Source of the DNA: Candidatus Woesearchaeota archaeon
Lineage (GTDB): Archaea > Nanobdellota > Nanobdellia > SCGC-AAA011-G17 > JACPIM01
Direction of reading: 5' to 3'
NCBI GenBank assembly: GCA_964513145.1
Contig: CAZELK010000001.1
Location: 64,001 to 128,000 of the forward strand
Length of the DNA: 64,000 nucleotides
The number at the start of each line of letters is the position of its first letter. The first letter of the stretch is position 1. Shown here piece by piece: positions 17,466 through 26,969 of this stretch. Below the pieces are notes generated by a model that was given only the letters and a program-made list of their open reading frames with translations, was not told where the DNA came from and made no database searches. The translations under genes were made by a program, and so were the position numbers.

Positions 17466-18555
17466 AATGAAAATATTATATTCAAACAAATCTTTGTATC
17501 CTTTTGAGGGTGGGGGAGATATCTCAGCTTTAAATTTACTTGAATATTTGTCTAAAGAGCATGATGTTGTTGCAGTTTATAATGGAACTAGTTTAGAGAA
17601 CATAAAAATCAAGTCTTATCCACAGAATGCAAAACAATTTCCAGGATTATGGATAAATTCTTATTTTCTTAATAAAAAATTTGAAAGAATTTTAACTGAT
17701 ATTGTTGAAAAAGAAAAACCTGACTTAATTATTTGCCAAGATTATTTAATTCCAGCAAGTGTTAAAATTGCAAAAAAATTCGGAATTAAAGTTATTGCTT
17801 TTTTACGCAGTTATATTCATATAAGCATAGATGGTTTCATGACTTACAAACCTGAAGACAATAAACCAGGAAAAACTTCTTTATTTGTTTATAAAATTCA
17901 ATATCCATTTTACTTGAAGGTTATTAAACAATTTCAAAAAGCTCTTAAAAATGCTGATTTAGTAATTGCACCAAGTCATTATTTAAGTGATATTACATTT
18001 AAATATTGCGGGGTAAAATGTGAAGTTTTGAGACCCTTTGTTTTTCTTGACAAATCTGATACAAATGGAAATTATATTACTTATATTAATCCGGATTTAC
18101 ACAAGGGAGTAAAAATTTTTGAGGAAATTGTTGGCAAGCTCCCTGACAAGAAATTTCTAGTAGTTGGAAAGAATAATTATAAATTAAATAAACAAAATGT
18201 TAAAATTCTCGGCTGGATTAAAAATATGAAAGAAATCTATTCTGAAACAAGACTTATTATTGTGCCTTCAATATGGCCAGAAGGATGTCCAAGAGTTGGA
18301 ATTGAAGCTATGGCAAATGGAATACCTTTTATTGTAAGCGGAATAGGGGGGTTAAAAGAAGAGGCTGGGGGCTGCGGTTTTATTATAGATGATTATTTAA
18401 ATTCTGATTCCTGGGTTCGGGCGATAAATAAATTTGATGACAAAGAATTCTATGAAAAAATGTCAAAAAATGCCAAATTAAAATACAAAGAGTTTGAAAT
18501 AAATACACAATTTAAAAAATTTGATGTTTTTTTAGAGGACTTATTTAAAAATTAA
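17443..18555 (+). CDS. Glycosyltransferase family 4
   Basis: HKG, VPSIWPEGCPRVGIEAMANG; true start may be ATG 17468. Confidence 0.88.
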   Translation: MGLVFLNKMKILYSNKSLYPFEGGGDISALNLLEYLSKEHDVVAVYNGTSLENIKIKSYPQNAKQFPGLWINSYFLNKKFERILTDIVEKEKPDLIICQDYLIPASVKIAKKFGIKVIAFLRSYIHISIDGFMTYKPEDNKPGKTSLFVYKIQYPFYLKVIKQFQKALKNADLVIAPSHYLSDITFKYCGVKCEVLRPFVFLDKSDTNGNYITYINPDLHKGVKIFEEIVGKLPDKKFLVVGKNNYKLNKQNVKILGWIKNMKEIYSETRLIIVPSIWPEGCPRVGIEAMANGIPFIVSGIGGLKEEAGGCGFIIDDYLNSDSWVRAINKFDDKEFYEKMSKNAKLKYKEFEINTQFKKFDVFLEDLFKN

Positions 18556-20045
18556 TATTTTTTTAAATTCTTTATTAACTCTATATCTTCATTCTCAATT
18601 ATTTTTAATTTAAATAATAAAGTGATATAAACTATGCTTATTAAAATAATAAAAATTATTATATTTAATACTGGAGAAAATCCCATATATCTTTTAATTA
18701 AAATTGCCATTATGGATGTTATTAAAAAAGCAACTAATATTTTTTTATATTTAAACATAAACGGGTGCATTTTACTATATTTATGAGATACTTTTATCAT
18801 TAAAACTCCGCCAATTATGAAAGAAATTGATGTTGAAATTGCCGCGCCTATCAAACCATATGTTTGTATAAGAAAATAATTCATAATACCATTGCAAATC
18901 GCAAAGAAGGCAATAACTCCAAATATTGTTTTAGTTTTATTTAATGAAGATAATATATTCATGCTTATATCGCTTAAAGAATAAATAAAGTAACCAAAAC
19001 TCAAAATTATTAATGGAATAACTGCTTTTATGTATTCTTCCCCAAATAATAATCTAATAATATCTTGAGATAAAACAGATATTATCAAGAACAACGGCAA
19101 AGTAACCAGCAAGATATATTTTGATATTCTCTTATAAATATTTTTTATTTCTTCTAAATTTCCTGCGCCACCAAGCTCGTTTATTATTGGAAAAAATAAG
19201 TACATTATTCCATATACTGGAATAATAATTAAGTTAGCAGTAGGCAAGGCAACATTGTATATGCCGACGTCAGAAGTTGTTTTAAAATAACCTATCATCA
19301 ACAAGTCTGTCCAGGCTATAATAAACCACATAAAATTTTTTAATAATAATGGCAGCGAGTAATTTAATAATTCTTTGTTGCTTATTTTTGATATTGTTTC
19401 TTTAGCAAATATATTTAATATTTTTACATTAAATACAGACAGAACTACGAGAAACATTATTAGTGCTGCCAAAAAGAAACCTAACAAAGCACCAACTAAC
19501 TTAAACCCAAAACCAATTAATACAACTGTTATTATTAGGCGGGATGATTTTTCAAGTACTTCCTTTATTGAGACTTCATATACTGGCTTTTGGAATGCCC
19601 TGAAAGAAGATAAGAATATTTGCGCTGTTGATGTTAAAGGAAGAGTTAGGGCCATAAAAAAAAGAACCTGGCTTAATTTGTATTCATTAAAGACTTTATC
19701 TGATATAAAATCTGAAAATACAATTAATAAAATACTTAAAAATATACTTGTGTTCAAAACTTTCTTGAATGATTTATATATTGTTTCTTTTGCTGAATCC
19801 AAATCATTTTTTCCCCTGAAATAAGAAACAAATCTTATTACACCTTCGTCCAGACCAAGCAATGAAAATGCATTTAGAAACGACAATATTGCCATTCCAA
19901 TACTCAAGATACCGTATTCATGAGAACCCAGCTTTGTAGCAACCAAGATAACATATAAATAAGAAAATAATTTACCCAAAATCATTGAAACCAGAACTAG
20001 GAAAGCTCCTTTTACAATTTTTTCTATGTATGCAGTATTTGACAT
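18552..20045 (-). CDS. Wzx/MOP-type oligosaccharide flippase
   Basis: Many TM helices; LG..EYG, GIYNVA, LLFGEEY, GLIGAAI. Confidence 0.9.
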   Translation of the reverse strand: MSNTAYIEKIVKGAFLVLVSMILGKLFSYLYVILVATKLGSHEYGILSIGMAILSFLNAFSLLGLDEGVIRFVSYFRGKNDLDSAKETIYKSFKKVLNTSIFLSILLIVFSDFISDKVFNEYKLSQVLFFMALTLPLTSTAQIFLSSFRAFQKPVYEVSIKEVLEKSSRLIITVVLIGFGFKLVGALLGFFLAALIMFLVVLSVFNVKILNIFAKETISKISNKELLNYSLPLLLKNFMWFIIAWTDLLMIGYFKTTSDVGIYNVALPTANLIIIPVYGIMYLFFPIINELGGAGNLEEIKNIYKRISKYILLVTLPLFLIISVLSQDIIRLLFGEEYIKAVIPLIILSFGYFIYSLSDISMNILSSLNKTKTIFGVIAFFAICNGIMNYFLIQTYGLIGAAISTSISFIIGGVLMIKVSHKYSKMHPFMFKYKKILVAFLITSIMAILIKRYMGFSPVLNIIIFIILISIVYITLLFKLKIIENEDIELIKNLKKY

Positions 20046-20099
20046 AAAAGCATTAAAAATGTTAATTTTATAAACTTTCTTTTACCTTATTTTTCCAAA

Positions 20100-21977
20100 A
20101 TGTGCGGAATATCCGGATTTAATTTTGATGATAAAGAACTTATTAAAAAGATGTGCACTAGAATAGAGCATAGGGGACCAGATGATTATGGTTATTATAC
20201 AGACAAATTTGCAAGTCTAGGCCATAGAAGATTAAGCATAATAGACTTAAGCAAGAAGGGAAAGCAACCAATTTTTAATGAAGACAAAACAATTTGCGTA
20301 GTTTTTAATGGAGAAATTTACAATTATAAAGACATAAAAGATGAACTAGAAAAAAGAGGGCACACTTTTTCTACAAATACTGACACTGAAGTAATAGTAC
20401 ATTCTTATGAAGAATATAAAGAAGACTGCGTTAAATTATTTAGGGGCATGTTTGCTTTCTGCATTTATGACAGAAATGAAAAGAAATTATTTATTGCGAG
20501 AGACAGGATGGGAAAGAAGCCAATTTATTATACAGACAATGCTGAAAGATTTATTTTTGCTTCTGAACTAAAAGCCATACTTTGTGATAATGAATTTAAA
20601 AGAGAAATTAATTTAGAATCTTTGCATCATTACCTTACTTTTGGCTATGTACCGACGCCTTTAACTATTTTGAAAGGCATTAAAAAACTTGAACCAGGGC
20701 ATTATTTAATTTTTAAGGATGAAGAAATACATGTAGAAAAGTATTGGGATGTTAATTTCAATGAAATTAAAAGCGATGAAAAATATTATTTAAGCAGGTT
20801 ATTTGAAATATTAAAAGACAGCGTAAATGCAAGATTAATAAGCGATGTTCAGCTCGGGGCTTTGCTTTCTGGTGGAATTGATTCAAGTGTAGTGGTTGGA
20901 TTAATGGCTAATCTTACAAGCAATGTAAAAACATTTTCAATAGGTTTCGATGAAAAAGATTTTGATGAATTAAAATATGCGAAAATTGTCAGCAACCATT
21001 TCAATACAGACCATAAGGAGTTTAATGTAAGAGTCAATTTAATTAATGATTTACCAAAAATAGCCTGGCAACTTGACGAGCCTTTTGTTGATCCATCAGC
21101 TTTGCCAACTTATTATGTTTGCAATTTAGCCAGGAAGCATGTTAAAGTTGTTTTAAGCGGGGATGGGGGGGATGAATTATTTGCCGGATATACCCGATAT
21201 AATAATTGGGATCAAGACAAAGCTATAAGATACTACAAAATATTGCCATTTTTTTTAAGAAATGGAATAAGCATGGCTTCAAATTTATTTTATTCAAAAA
21301 CAGGAAAGCCATTTTTCAGAAAAGTCAAAAAAGTAGGTGATTTAAGCAACTTAAACAAAGAAGAAAGATGGATCTCCAAACTTAACATATTTAATGATGA
21401 AGAAAAAAGAGAATTATATAAAAATTATCCTGAAGTGCCTAATTCTTTTAGTGTTTTAAATTATCATTTTAAGAAGTGCAATTCCAATATTTTTTTAAAT
21501 AAAATGCTTTATGCTGACATGAAAACTTTTCTTTTAGATGATTGCTTAGTTAAGGTAGATAGAATGAGCATGCTTAATTCTCTTGAAGTCAGGTGCCCAT
21601 TTTTAGATACATATGTAATAGATATTGCTACAAGCATACCTTCTTACTTAAAGATTAAGAATAATGTAAATAAATATATTCTTAAAAAGGCTTTTTCTAA
21701 CATGCTTCCAAGAGAAATATTAGAAAGGAAAAAGCAAGGATTTGATGTACCGATAAAACACTGGATTAAAAATGAATTAAAAGATTTTGTAAATACTTCC
21801 CTGATAAATGATATCAAGGCGAGGGATTACTTTAACTCTAACTATGTTAAAAGAATTATTGATGAACATAATTCTGACAGAAGAGACAATTCAAGAAGAA
21901 TCTGGGCTTTGTTAATGTTTGAAATTTGGAACAAGATGTATATTGATAATATTAAACCAGAAAAAATAAAAATTTAG
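20100..21977 (+). CDS. asnB: Asparagine synthase (glutamine-hydrolysing)-type amidotransferase
   Basis: MCGI Ntn cysteine, HRGPD, GHRRLSIID, NGEIYN, LSGGIDSS, SGDGGDELFAGY; the glycan context suggests sugar amidation. Confidence 0.93.
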   Translation: MCGISGFNFDDKELIKKMCTRIEHRGPDDYGYYTDKFASLGHRRLSIIDLSKKGKQPIFNEDKTICVVFNGEIYNYKDIKDELEKRGHTFSTNTDTEVIVHSYEEYKEDCVKLFRGMFAFCIYDRNEKKLFIARDRMGKKPIYYTDNAERFIFASELKAILCDNEFKREINLESLHHYLTFGYVPTPLTILKGIKKLEPGHYLIFKDEEIHVEKYWDVNFNEIKSDEKYYLSRLFEILKDSVNARLISDVQLGALLSGGIDSSVVVGLMANLTSNVKTFSIGFDEKDFDELKYAKIVSNHFNTDHKEFNVRVNLINDLPKIAWQLDEPFVDPSALPTYYVCNLARKHVKVVLSGDGGDELFAGYTRYNNWDQDKAIRYYKILPFFLRNGISMASNLFYSKTGKPFFRKVKKVGDLSNLNKEERWISKLNIFNDEEKRELYKNYPEVPNSFSVLNYHFKKCNSNIFLNKMLYADMKTFLLDDCLVKVDRMSMLNSLEVRCPFLDTYVIDIATSIPSYLKIKNNVNKYILKKAFSNMLPREILERKKQGFDVPIKHWIKNELKDFVNTSLINDIKARDYFNSNYVKRIIDEHNSDRRDNSRRIWALLMFEIWNKMYIDNIKPEKIKI

Positions 21978-22363
21978 GCTTCTGGAAATTTTTCTTTAAC
22001 TGCATCTATTAAATCTTTAATAGTATATGGCTTTAGAAAAAACTTATCAACTTTACTTTCTCCAACCCATAATCTTTTATTTTCTTGATTCCCAGAACTA
22101 GCTATTACTAAATCAATATCATAACTTAAACTTCTTGCAAGTTTCAATATCCTTGGGCCATATCCTGGTTCAGGACAATCAGTATCTAAAACCATTATAT
22201 TATAATTTTTTTTGGGTGTTTTTAAAAGCAAGTTTTCTGCATCTTCCTGATGCAAACTAATGTCAATATCTCTGATTCCAGATATTTCCAAGCTTCTTTG
22301 AATTACTTTAGCTAAAATAGATTCGTCTTCTAAGACAAACGCCCTAATTTCGTTTCTTTTCAT
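21974..22363 (-). CDS. Stand-alone response regulator receiver (REC) domain
   Basis: VLEDE, VLD phospho-acceptor, IASS, FLKP. Confidence 0.8.
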   Translation of the reverse strand: MKRNEIRAFVLEDESILAKVIQRSLEISGIRDIDISLHQEDAENLLLKTPKKNYNIMVLDTDCPEPGYGPRILKLARSLSYDIDLVIASSGNQENKRLWVGESKVDKFFLKPYTIKDLIDAVKEKFPEA

Positions 22364-22495
22364 AATATTTACTTCTAAATAGTGGTATATAAACCTTTTG
22401 ATTTTTTATAATTTACAATTTATTATTTTCTAATTTTTTAGTTAATTATAGTTAATTTTATATACTTTCTTGAATTTTTTAGGCAAGGAGTTACT

Positions 22496-23635
22496 ATGTC
22501 TTCATTAAATCAATTTTCTGTTATTGAAAGGACTGCGTATGGATTAATTAGAAAGATTCCTGGAGCTATAAGAAACCCATTTATTAAACAAATAAATAAA
22601 GTAAGACTAAATAAAGTAAATAATTTTCAGACTCCGCAGAATATGATTTTTTATGCTACTGACTACTGCAATGCAAGATGTTCTCATTGCTTTTACTGGA
22701 AAAACCTGAATAAAAGACAGGATGAAATGACTCTTGACCAAATTAAAACCATGATTAAGTCATTAAAAACACAATTGAACATGCTGGTAATAACTGGGGG
22801 TGAACCTTTTATTAGAAAAGATCTTTATGAAATCTGTACTGCTTTTTATAAAATAAACAATACAAAGAGAATAAATATTGTAACAAATGGTTTGTTAGGA
22901 ACAAAGATAATGGATATAGTAACAAGATTATTAAGAGAAAATTCAAATAAGAGACTAACTATTATTGTTTCTTTGGACGGCTTAGAAGAAACACACAATA
23001 AAATAAGAAGGGTTCCTGATATCTGGAATAAAGACATTAGCTTAATCAAAGAACTGAAAAAGTTAGAAGAAAAATATTCTAAATTGTCTTTATTTGTGAA
23101 TCTGACAATGACAAAAACAAATATTCATGAAGTAAAGCCTCTTGCTAAATTTGTCACAGAAGAACTGAAAATAAATTTTAAAGCGAATGTTCTGAGAACT
23201 GGAAAAAATTATTACGATGTTCCAAAAGATATTTTGATGGATTATGAACCTGAAATTTCTAACCAACCTTCAACAGAAGAGCTGGAAGAAGTTTATGAAT
23301 GGCTTGCAAAAGAAGCAAAGGATTTACCATCTAAAGTTGAAGTTTTAAAATTAAGGCATTCTATTGACATGATAAAACATGAGAAACCAACTTTAAAATG
23401 CCTGGCTGGTTTAAATGACGGGGTTGTTTTTCCAACTGGCAAGGTTGCTGTTTGTGAGCCTACAAAGCCATTTGGTGATTTAAGAGACTATAATTATGAT
23501 TTTGCAAAATTATGGAATTCCAAAGAAGCAGAAACAAGAAAAATGCAAACAAGCAAGTGTTTTTGTTTACAATCCTGCAACTTGTTAAACTCCATGAAAT
23601 ATGACACAAATACACTTAAAAACCTTTTTAACTAG
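22496..23635 (+). CDS. Radical SAM protein with Twitch/SPASM-like C-terminus
   Basis: CNARCSHC, ITGGEPF, VSLDG; C-terminal C...G..AVC...C.C..C. Confidence 0.9.
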   Translation: MSSLNQFSVIERTAYGLIRKIPGAIRNPFIKQINKVRLNKVNNFQTPQNMIFYATDYCNARCSHCFYWKNLNKRQDEMTLDQIKTMIKSLKTQLNMLVITGGEPFIRKDLYEICTAFYKINNTKRINIVTNGLLGTKIMDIVTRLLRENSNKRLTIIVSLDGLEETHNKIRRVPDIWNKDISLIKELKKLEEKYSKLSLFVNLTMTKTNIHEVKPLAKFVTEELKINFKANVLRTGKNYYDVPKDILMDYEPEISNQPSTEELEEVYEWLAKEAKDLPSKVEVLKLRHSIDMIKHEKPTLKCLAGLNDGVVFPTGKVAVCEPTKPFGDLRDYNYDFAKLWNSKEAETRKMQTSKCFCLQSCNLLNSMKYDTNTLKNLFN

Positions 23636-23655
23636 TCTTTTTCTAATTTTAGAAT

Positions 23656-24801
23656 ATGAAAACTACTTTAATATCAAGCACTTTATCAAGCAATCCTTTT
23701 ATTAGAGTATATCCTTTTGGAAAAATATTATCTGAGAAATTTGAAACAAAAATAATAGGACCAGTTAATTCCAATGGAATTTATGAGCCTTTGAAAAATG
23801 AGGAATGGAATATCCAGCCAATCAGAGAGAAAAAGATATTTCCTTTTTATTTAAAAACTTTTTATGATATTTTTAAAAATGTTAATTCTGATATTGTCCA
23901 TGTTTTTAAGCCAAAATTTTACAGTCTTGGGGCTGGACTAATCTTAAAATTATTAAAAAACAAGAAGATTATTTTGGATATTGATGACTGGGAGAGCCAA
24001 TATGTGCTTGACAATTATTTCTCTTTTAACCCAATTGATTTAGTTAAATTCTGCTTAGTTGACTTTTACATGCCTGAAAGCTATTTTTCAAAGAAAATTT
24101 TAGAAAAATTAAGAAACTATTCAGACAGAATAATAGTTGATGCCTTAGTTTTACAAAAAATGTTTGGGGGAACATATATACCTTCTGGAGCAGACACAGA
24201 CTTATTTGACCCTGATAAATATAATGCAAAAAAAATCAGAGACAAATATGGAATTGAAAAAAATGATATTTTAATTTCTTTTACTGGAACACCGAGAAAA
24301 CATAAGGGAATACTTGAATTAATCCAATCTATTGATGAAGCAAGAAAAGAAAATGAGAACATTAAATTAATGATTGTAGGAGCAAGCAATGACAATCCTT
24401 TCGCAAGTGAGCTAAGAAAAAAAGAGGGAATTATAGTTGAAAATTACCAGCCGCACAACGAAATTCCTTATTATATTTCTGCTGCAGATATAATTGCCAT
24501 ACCATTAAAAAACAATCCATCAGCAATGAAACAAATGCCTTATAAAGTATTTGAGATGATGTCTATGGCTAAACCAATTATTGCAACTGGGGTTGCTGAT
24601 ATTCCTATAGCATTAAATAATTGCGGAAAGGTAATAGAACCGAATAATGCTGTACAATTAAAGAATGGGATTTTAGAATATGCTGAAAATAAAAGATTAA
24701 GATTAAATGATGGAAGAAAGGCCAGAGAAAAATGCATTAAAGAATATAGCTTTAAAATTGTAAGAAAAAGAATTTTTGAAGTTTATGATAAATTTACTTG
24801 A
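23656..24801 (+). CDS. Glycosyltransferase family 4
   Basis: FTGTPRKHKG, PYKVFEMMSMAKPIIAT. Confidence 0.88.
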   Translation: MKTTLISSTLSSNPFIRVYPFGKILSEKFETKIIGPVNSNGIYEPLKNEEWNIQPIREKKIFPFYLKTFYDIFKNVNSDIVHVFKPKFYSLGAGLILKLLKNKKIILDIDDWESQYVLDNYFSFNPIDLVKFCLVDFYMPESYFSKKILEKLRNYSDRIIVDALVLQKMFGGTYIPSGADTDLFDPDKYNAKKIRDKYGIEKNDILISFTGTPRKHKGILELIQSIDEARKENENIKLMIVGASNDNPFASELRKKEGIIVENYQPHNEIPYYISAADIIAIPLKNNPSAMKQMPYKVFEMMSMAKPIIATGVADIPIALNNCGKVIEPNNAVQLKNGILEYAENKRLRLNDGRKAREKCIKEYSFKIVRKRIFEVYDKFT

Positions 24802-25861
24802 TAACTGCAGTTTGCATTTTTTTTATGTCATTGCATAATATATCTGCTGCCAAAATACAGGTACCTATTTTTCCAGAAAATATAGAAAATTCTTTATCAG
24901 AAATTTTTTGAACTATTGTGGGCCTTGCATCATCGTGTTCTCTATTTGGGAATACTGTACGAACTGTGTACATAGATCCTATATGAACTGCCTTCTCAAT
25001 ATCTGTAAAATACTCTTTAGCAACTTCGAAAAATTTATTTATATTTGTTACTGGCGGATTTTTTATAATGCCTTTATTTAATAATGACTTAAATTCTGAT
25101 GGTATTTCTGGGGTTTTCCCTATATTTGTTTTATGGATAGCATGAACAACATTACCCATTACATGATAACTTGTATTTCCCAACGGGTCTATGCACATAA
25201 ATGGGCCATCTAAAATTACTATACTTTGATTTTTGTAAATTTCAGGCAATTTAATTATTGGTTTTTCGCATAATTCAAATTGGAGATTTTTTTGCAATCT
25301 GGGCTTGTTTTGGAAAGGCAAATTACTATTGGCATAAAGGGCATAAATAACAATGTTATACTTTTGAAGAGAATTAAAATCAGCTTCTTGAAATATTAAA
25401 TTTACTTTATGTGTTTTTAATTTTTCCTTACAAATTAATTTTAATTTTTCCAAATCAAAAATACTTTCTTCTACTTTTAATGATGCTGTTATTGAATCTT
25501 TATTTACAACACGGCAGTGCTCTTCTTTAAACGGCAAATTGTGGCGACTGCAAAATTCCATGAATTGTTCCTTAGATGTAAGACTGTCTCTTTTTGATAT
25601 GCAGTAAAAGTTTTCTGTATTTTTTACTATACAACCACCATATTCTTCTTGAAAACTTTTTGAACCGATTTTTGAATCTATGGCTGTTTCATCACTTCTT
25701 GGATAATGATAACCCATATGAAGCCTATATTGATTTATACCAGAAGCAGCCTGCAAAATATCCTTTTCACGCTCGTATAAATCCACATTATAACCTAAAC
25801 TTCCCAATTTCCAAGCTGCTGTTACTCCAAATATTCCAGCGCCTATAACTCCTATCTTCAT
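24794..25861 (-). CDS. FAD-dependent oxidoreductase
   Basis: VIGAGIFG; ASGINQYRLHMGYHYPR. Confidence 0.85.
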   Translation of the reverse strand: MKIGVIGAGIFGVTAAWKLGSLGYNVDLYEREKDILQAASGINQYRLHMGYHYPRSDETAIDSKIGSKSFQEEYGGCIVKNTENFYCISKRDSLTSKEQFMEFCSRHNLPFKEEHCRVVNKDSITASLKVEESIFDLEKLKLICKEKLKTHKVNLIFQEADFNSLQKYNIVIYALYANSNLPFQNKPRLQKNLQFELCEKPIIKLPEIYKNQSIVILDGPFMCIDPLGNTSYHVMGNVVHAIHKTNIGKTPEIPSEFKSLLNKGIIKNPPVTNINKFFEVAKEYFTDIEKAVHIGSMYTVRTVFPNREHDDARPTIVQKISDKEFSIFSGKIGTCILAADILCNDIKKMQTAVIK

Positions 25862-25881
25862 TTTAAAATCCTATTAATATT

Positions 25882-26892
25882 TTAATTTAAATTTATTTCC
25901 TTATTTAATTCAGATGATTTATAAATTGATAATATCAATTCCAATGCTTTTTTTCCATCATAACCAGTGACAAATGGCTCCTTACTATATATTATTGAAT
26001 TATTAAAATCCTGGATTTGATCTTTAATTGTCCCGTTTTTAAGCTTAAAGTAACTTAATAATCTTTTTTTAACTTGGTTTTTCTCAGTATTAATGGTTTT
26101 TATCTTGCTATATAATTTTGTTCCTTCTAGAATTATAGACCCTTTTGTTCCATGTATTTCAAATTTATCTTTTAATGTTTTTATTGATGCAGTTGTTGCT
26201 TCAATTGTTGCAACAGCCCCGGATTTGAATTTTATAATAGCAACAGCAGTATCTTCTCCCTCAATATCGTGCATTTTTGTTTCTATTTTTCCATAAACAC
26301 TTTTTACTTCACCAAAAAACCATAATAACAAATCAATATAATGAATTGCCTGCATTATTAAAACTCCGCCGCCTGCAAATTTATTTAGTTTTCTCCATTT
26401 CTCTGATGATTCATAATAATTTTTAGACCGGTTCAATTTTATTGAAACATTTCCCAAATTTAAGTCTCCTAATGTATTTTTTTCTACTTCTTTTTTTGCC
26501 CATTGTACAGCATAATCAAACCTATGCTGTGAGACCACACTTAATTTTACATTATTTTCTTTGCATGATTTTATTAATTCATCTGCTTTTTCTACAGAGG
26601 TATCAATTGGTTTTTCTATTAAAATATGCTTACCTGATTTTGCTGCTAGTACTCCTAATTCTGCGTGCAAATTGTTTATTGTTACAATGTCAACTGCAGT
26701 TATTTCTTTATTTTTTAACAATTCTTTATAATCTGTGTATTCTTTTATTTTATATTTATGTGCAAAATTTTCAGCTCTTTCTTTTGCGCTACTATATACA
26801 GCTACTAATTCTGTATCTTTTATGGACATTATTGCTTTTGCGTGCTTATGAGCTATATTTCCAGTTCCAATTATAGCGAACTTAATTTTCAT
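25882..26892 (-). CDS. Gfo/Idh/MocA oxidoreductase (WlbA/WbpB-like nucleotide-sugar dehydrogenase)
   Basis: IIGTGNIA, GKHILIEKP, GGGVL..QAIHYID. Confidence 0.9.
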   Translation of the reverse strand: MKIKFAIIGTGNIAHKHAKAIMSIKDTELVAVYSSAKERAENFAHKYKIKEYTDYKELLKNKEITAVDIVTINNLHAELGVLAAKSGKHILIEKPIDTSVEKADELIKSCKENNVKLSVVSQHRFDYAVQWAKKEVEKNTLGDLNLGNVSIKLNRSKNYYESSEKWRKLNKFAGGGVLIMQAIHYIDLLLWFFGEVKSVYGKIETKMHDIEGEDTAVAIIKFKSGAVATIEATTASIKTLKDKFEIHGTKGSIILEGTKLYSKIKTINTEKNQVKKRLLSYFKLKNGTIKDQIQDFNNSIIYSKEPFVTGYDGKKALELILSIYKSSELNKEINLN

Positions 26893-26969
26893 TTTTTTAT
26901 ATTATTTAGTAAGATTTAAAAAGTAAATGGAATTAACAATAGTTATTGATTTTTAAATTTGGGGGCTAA

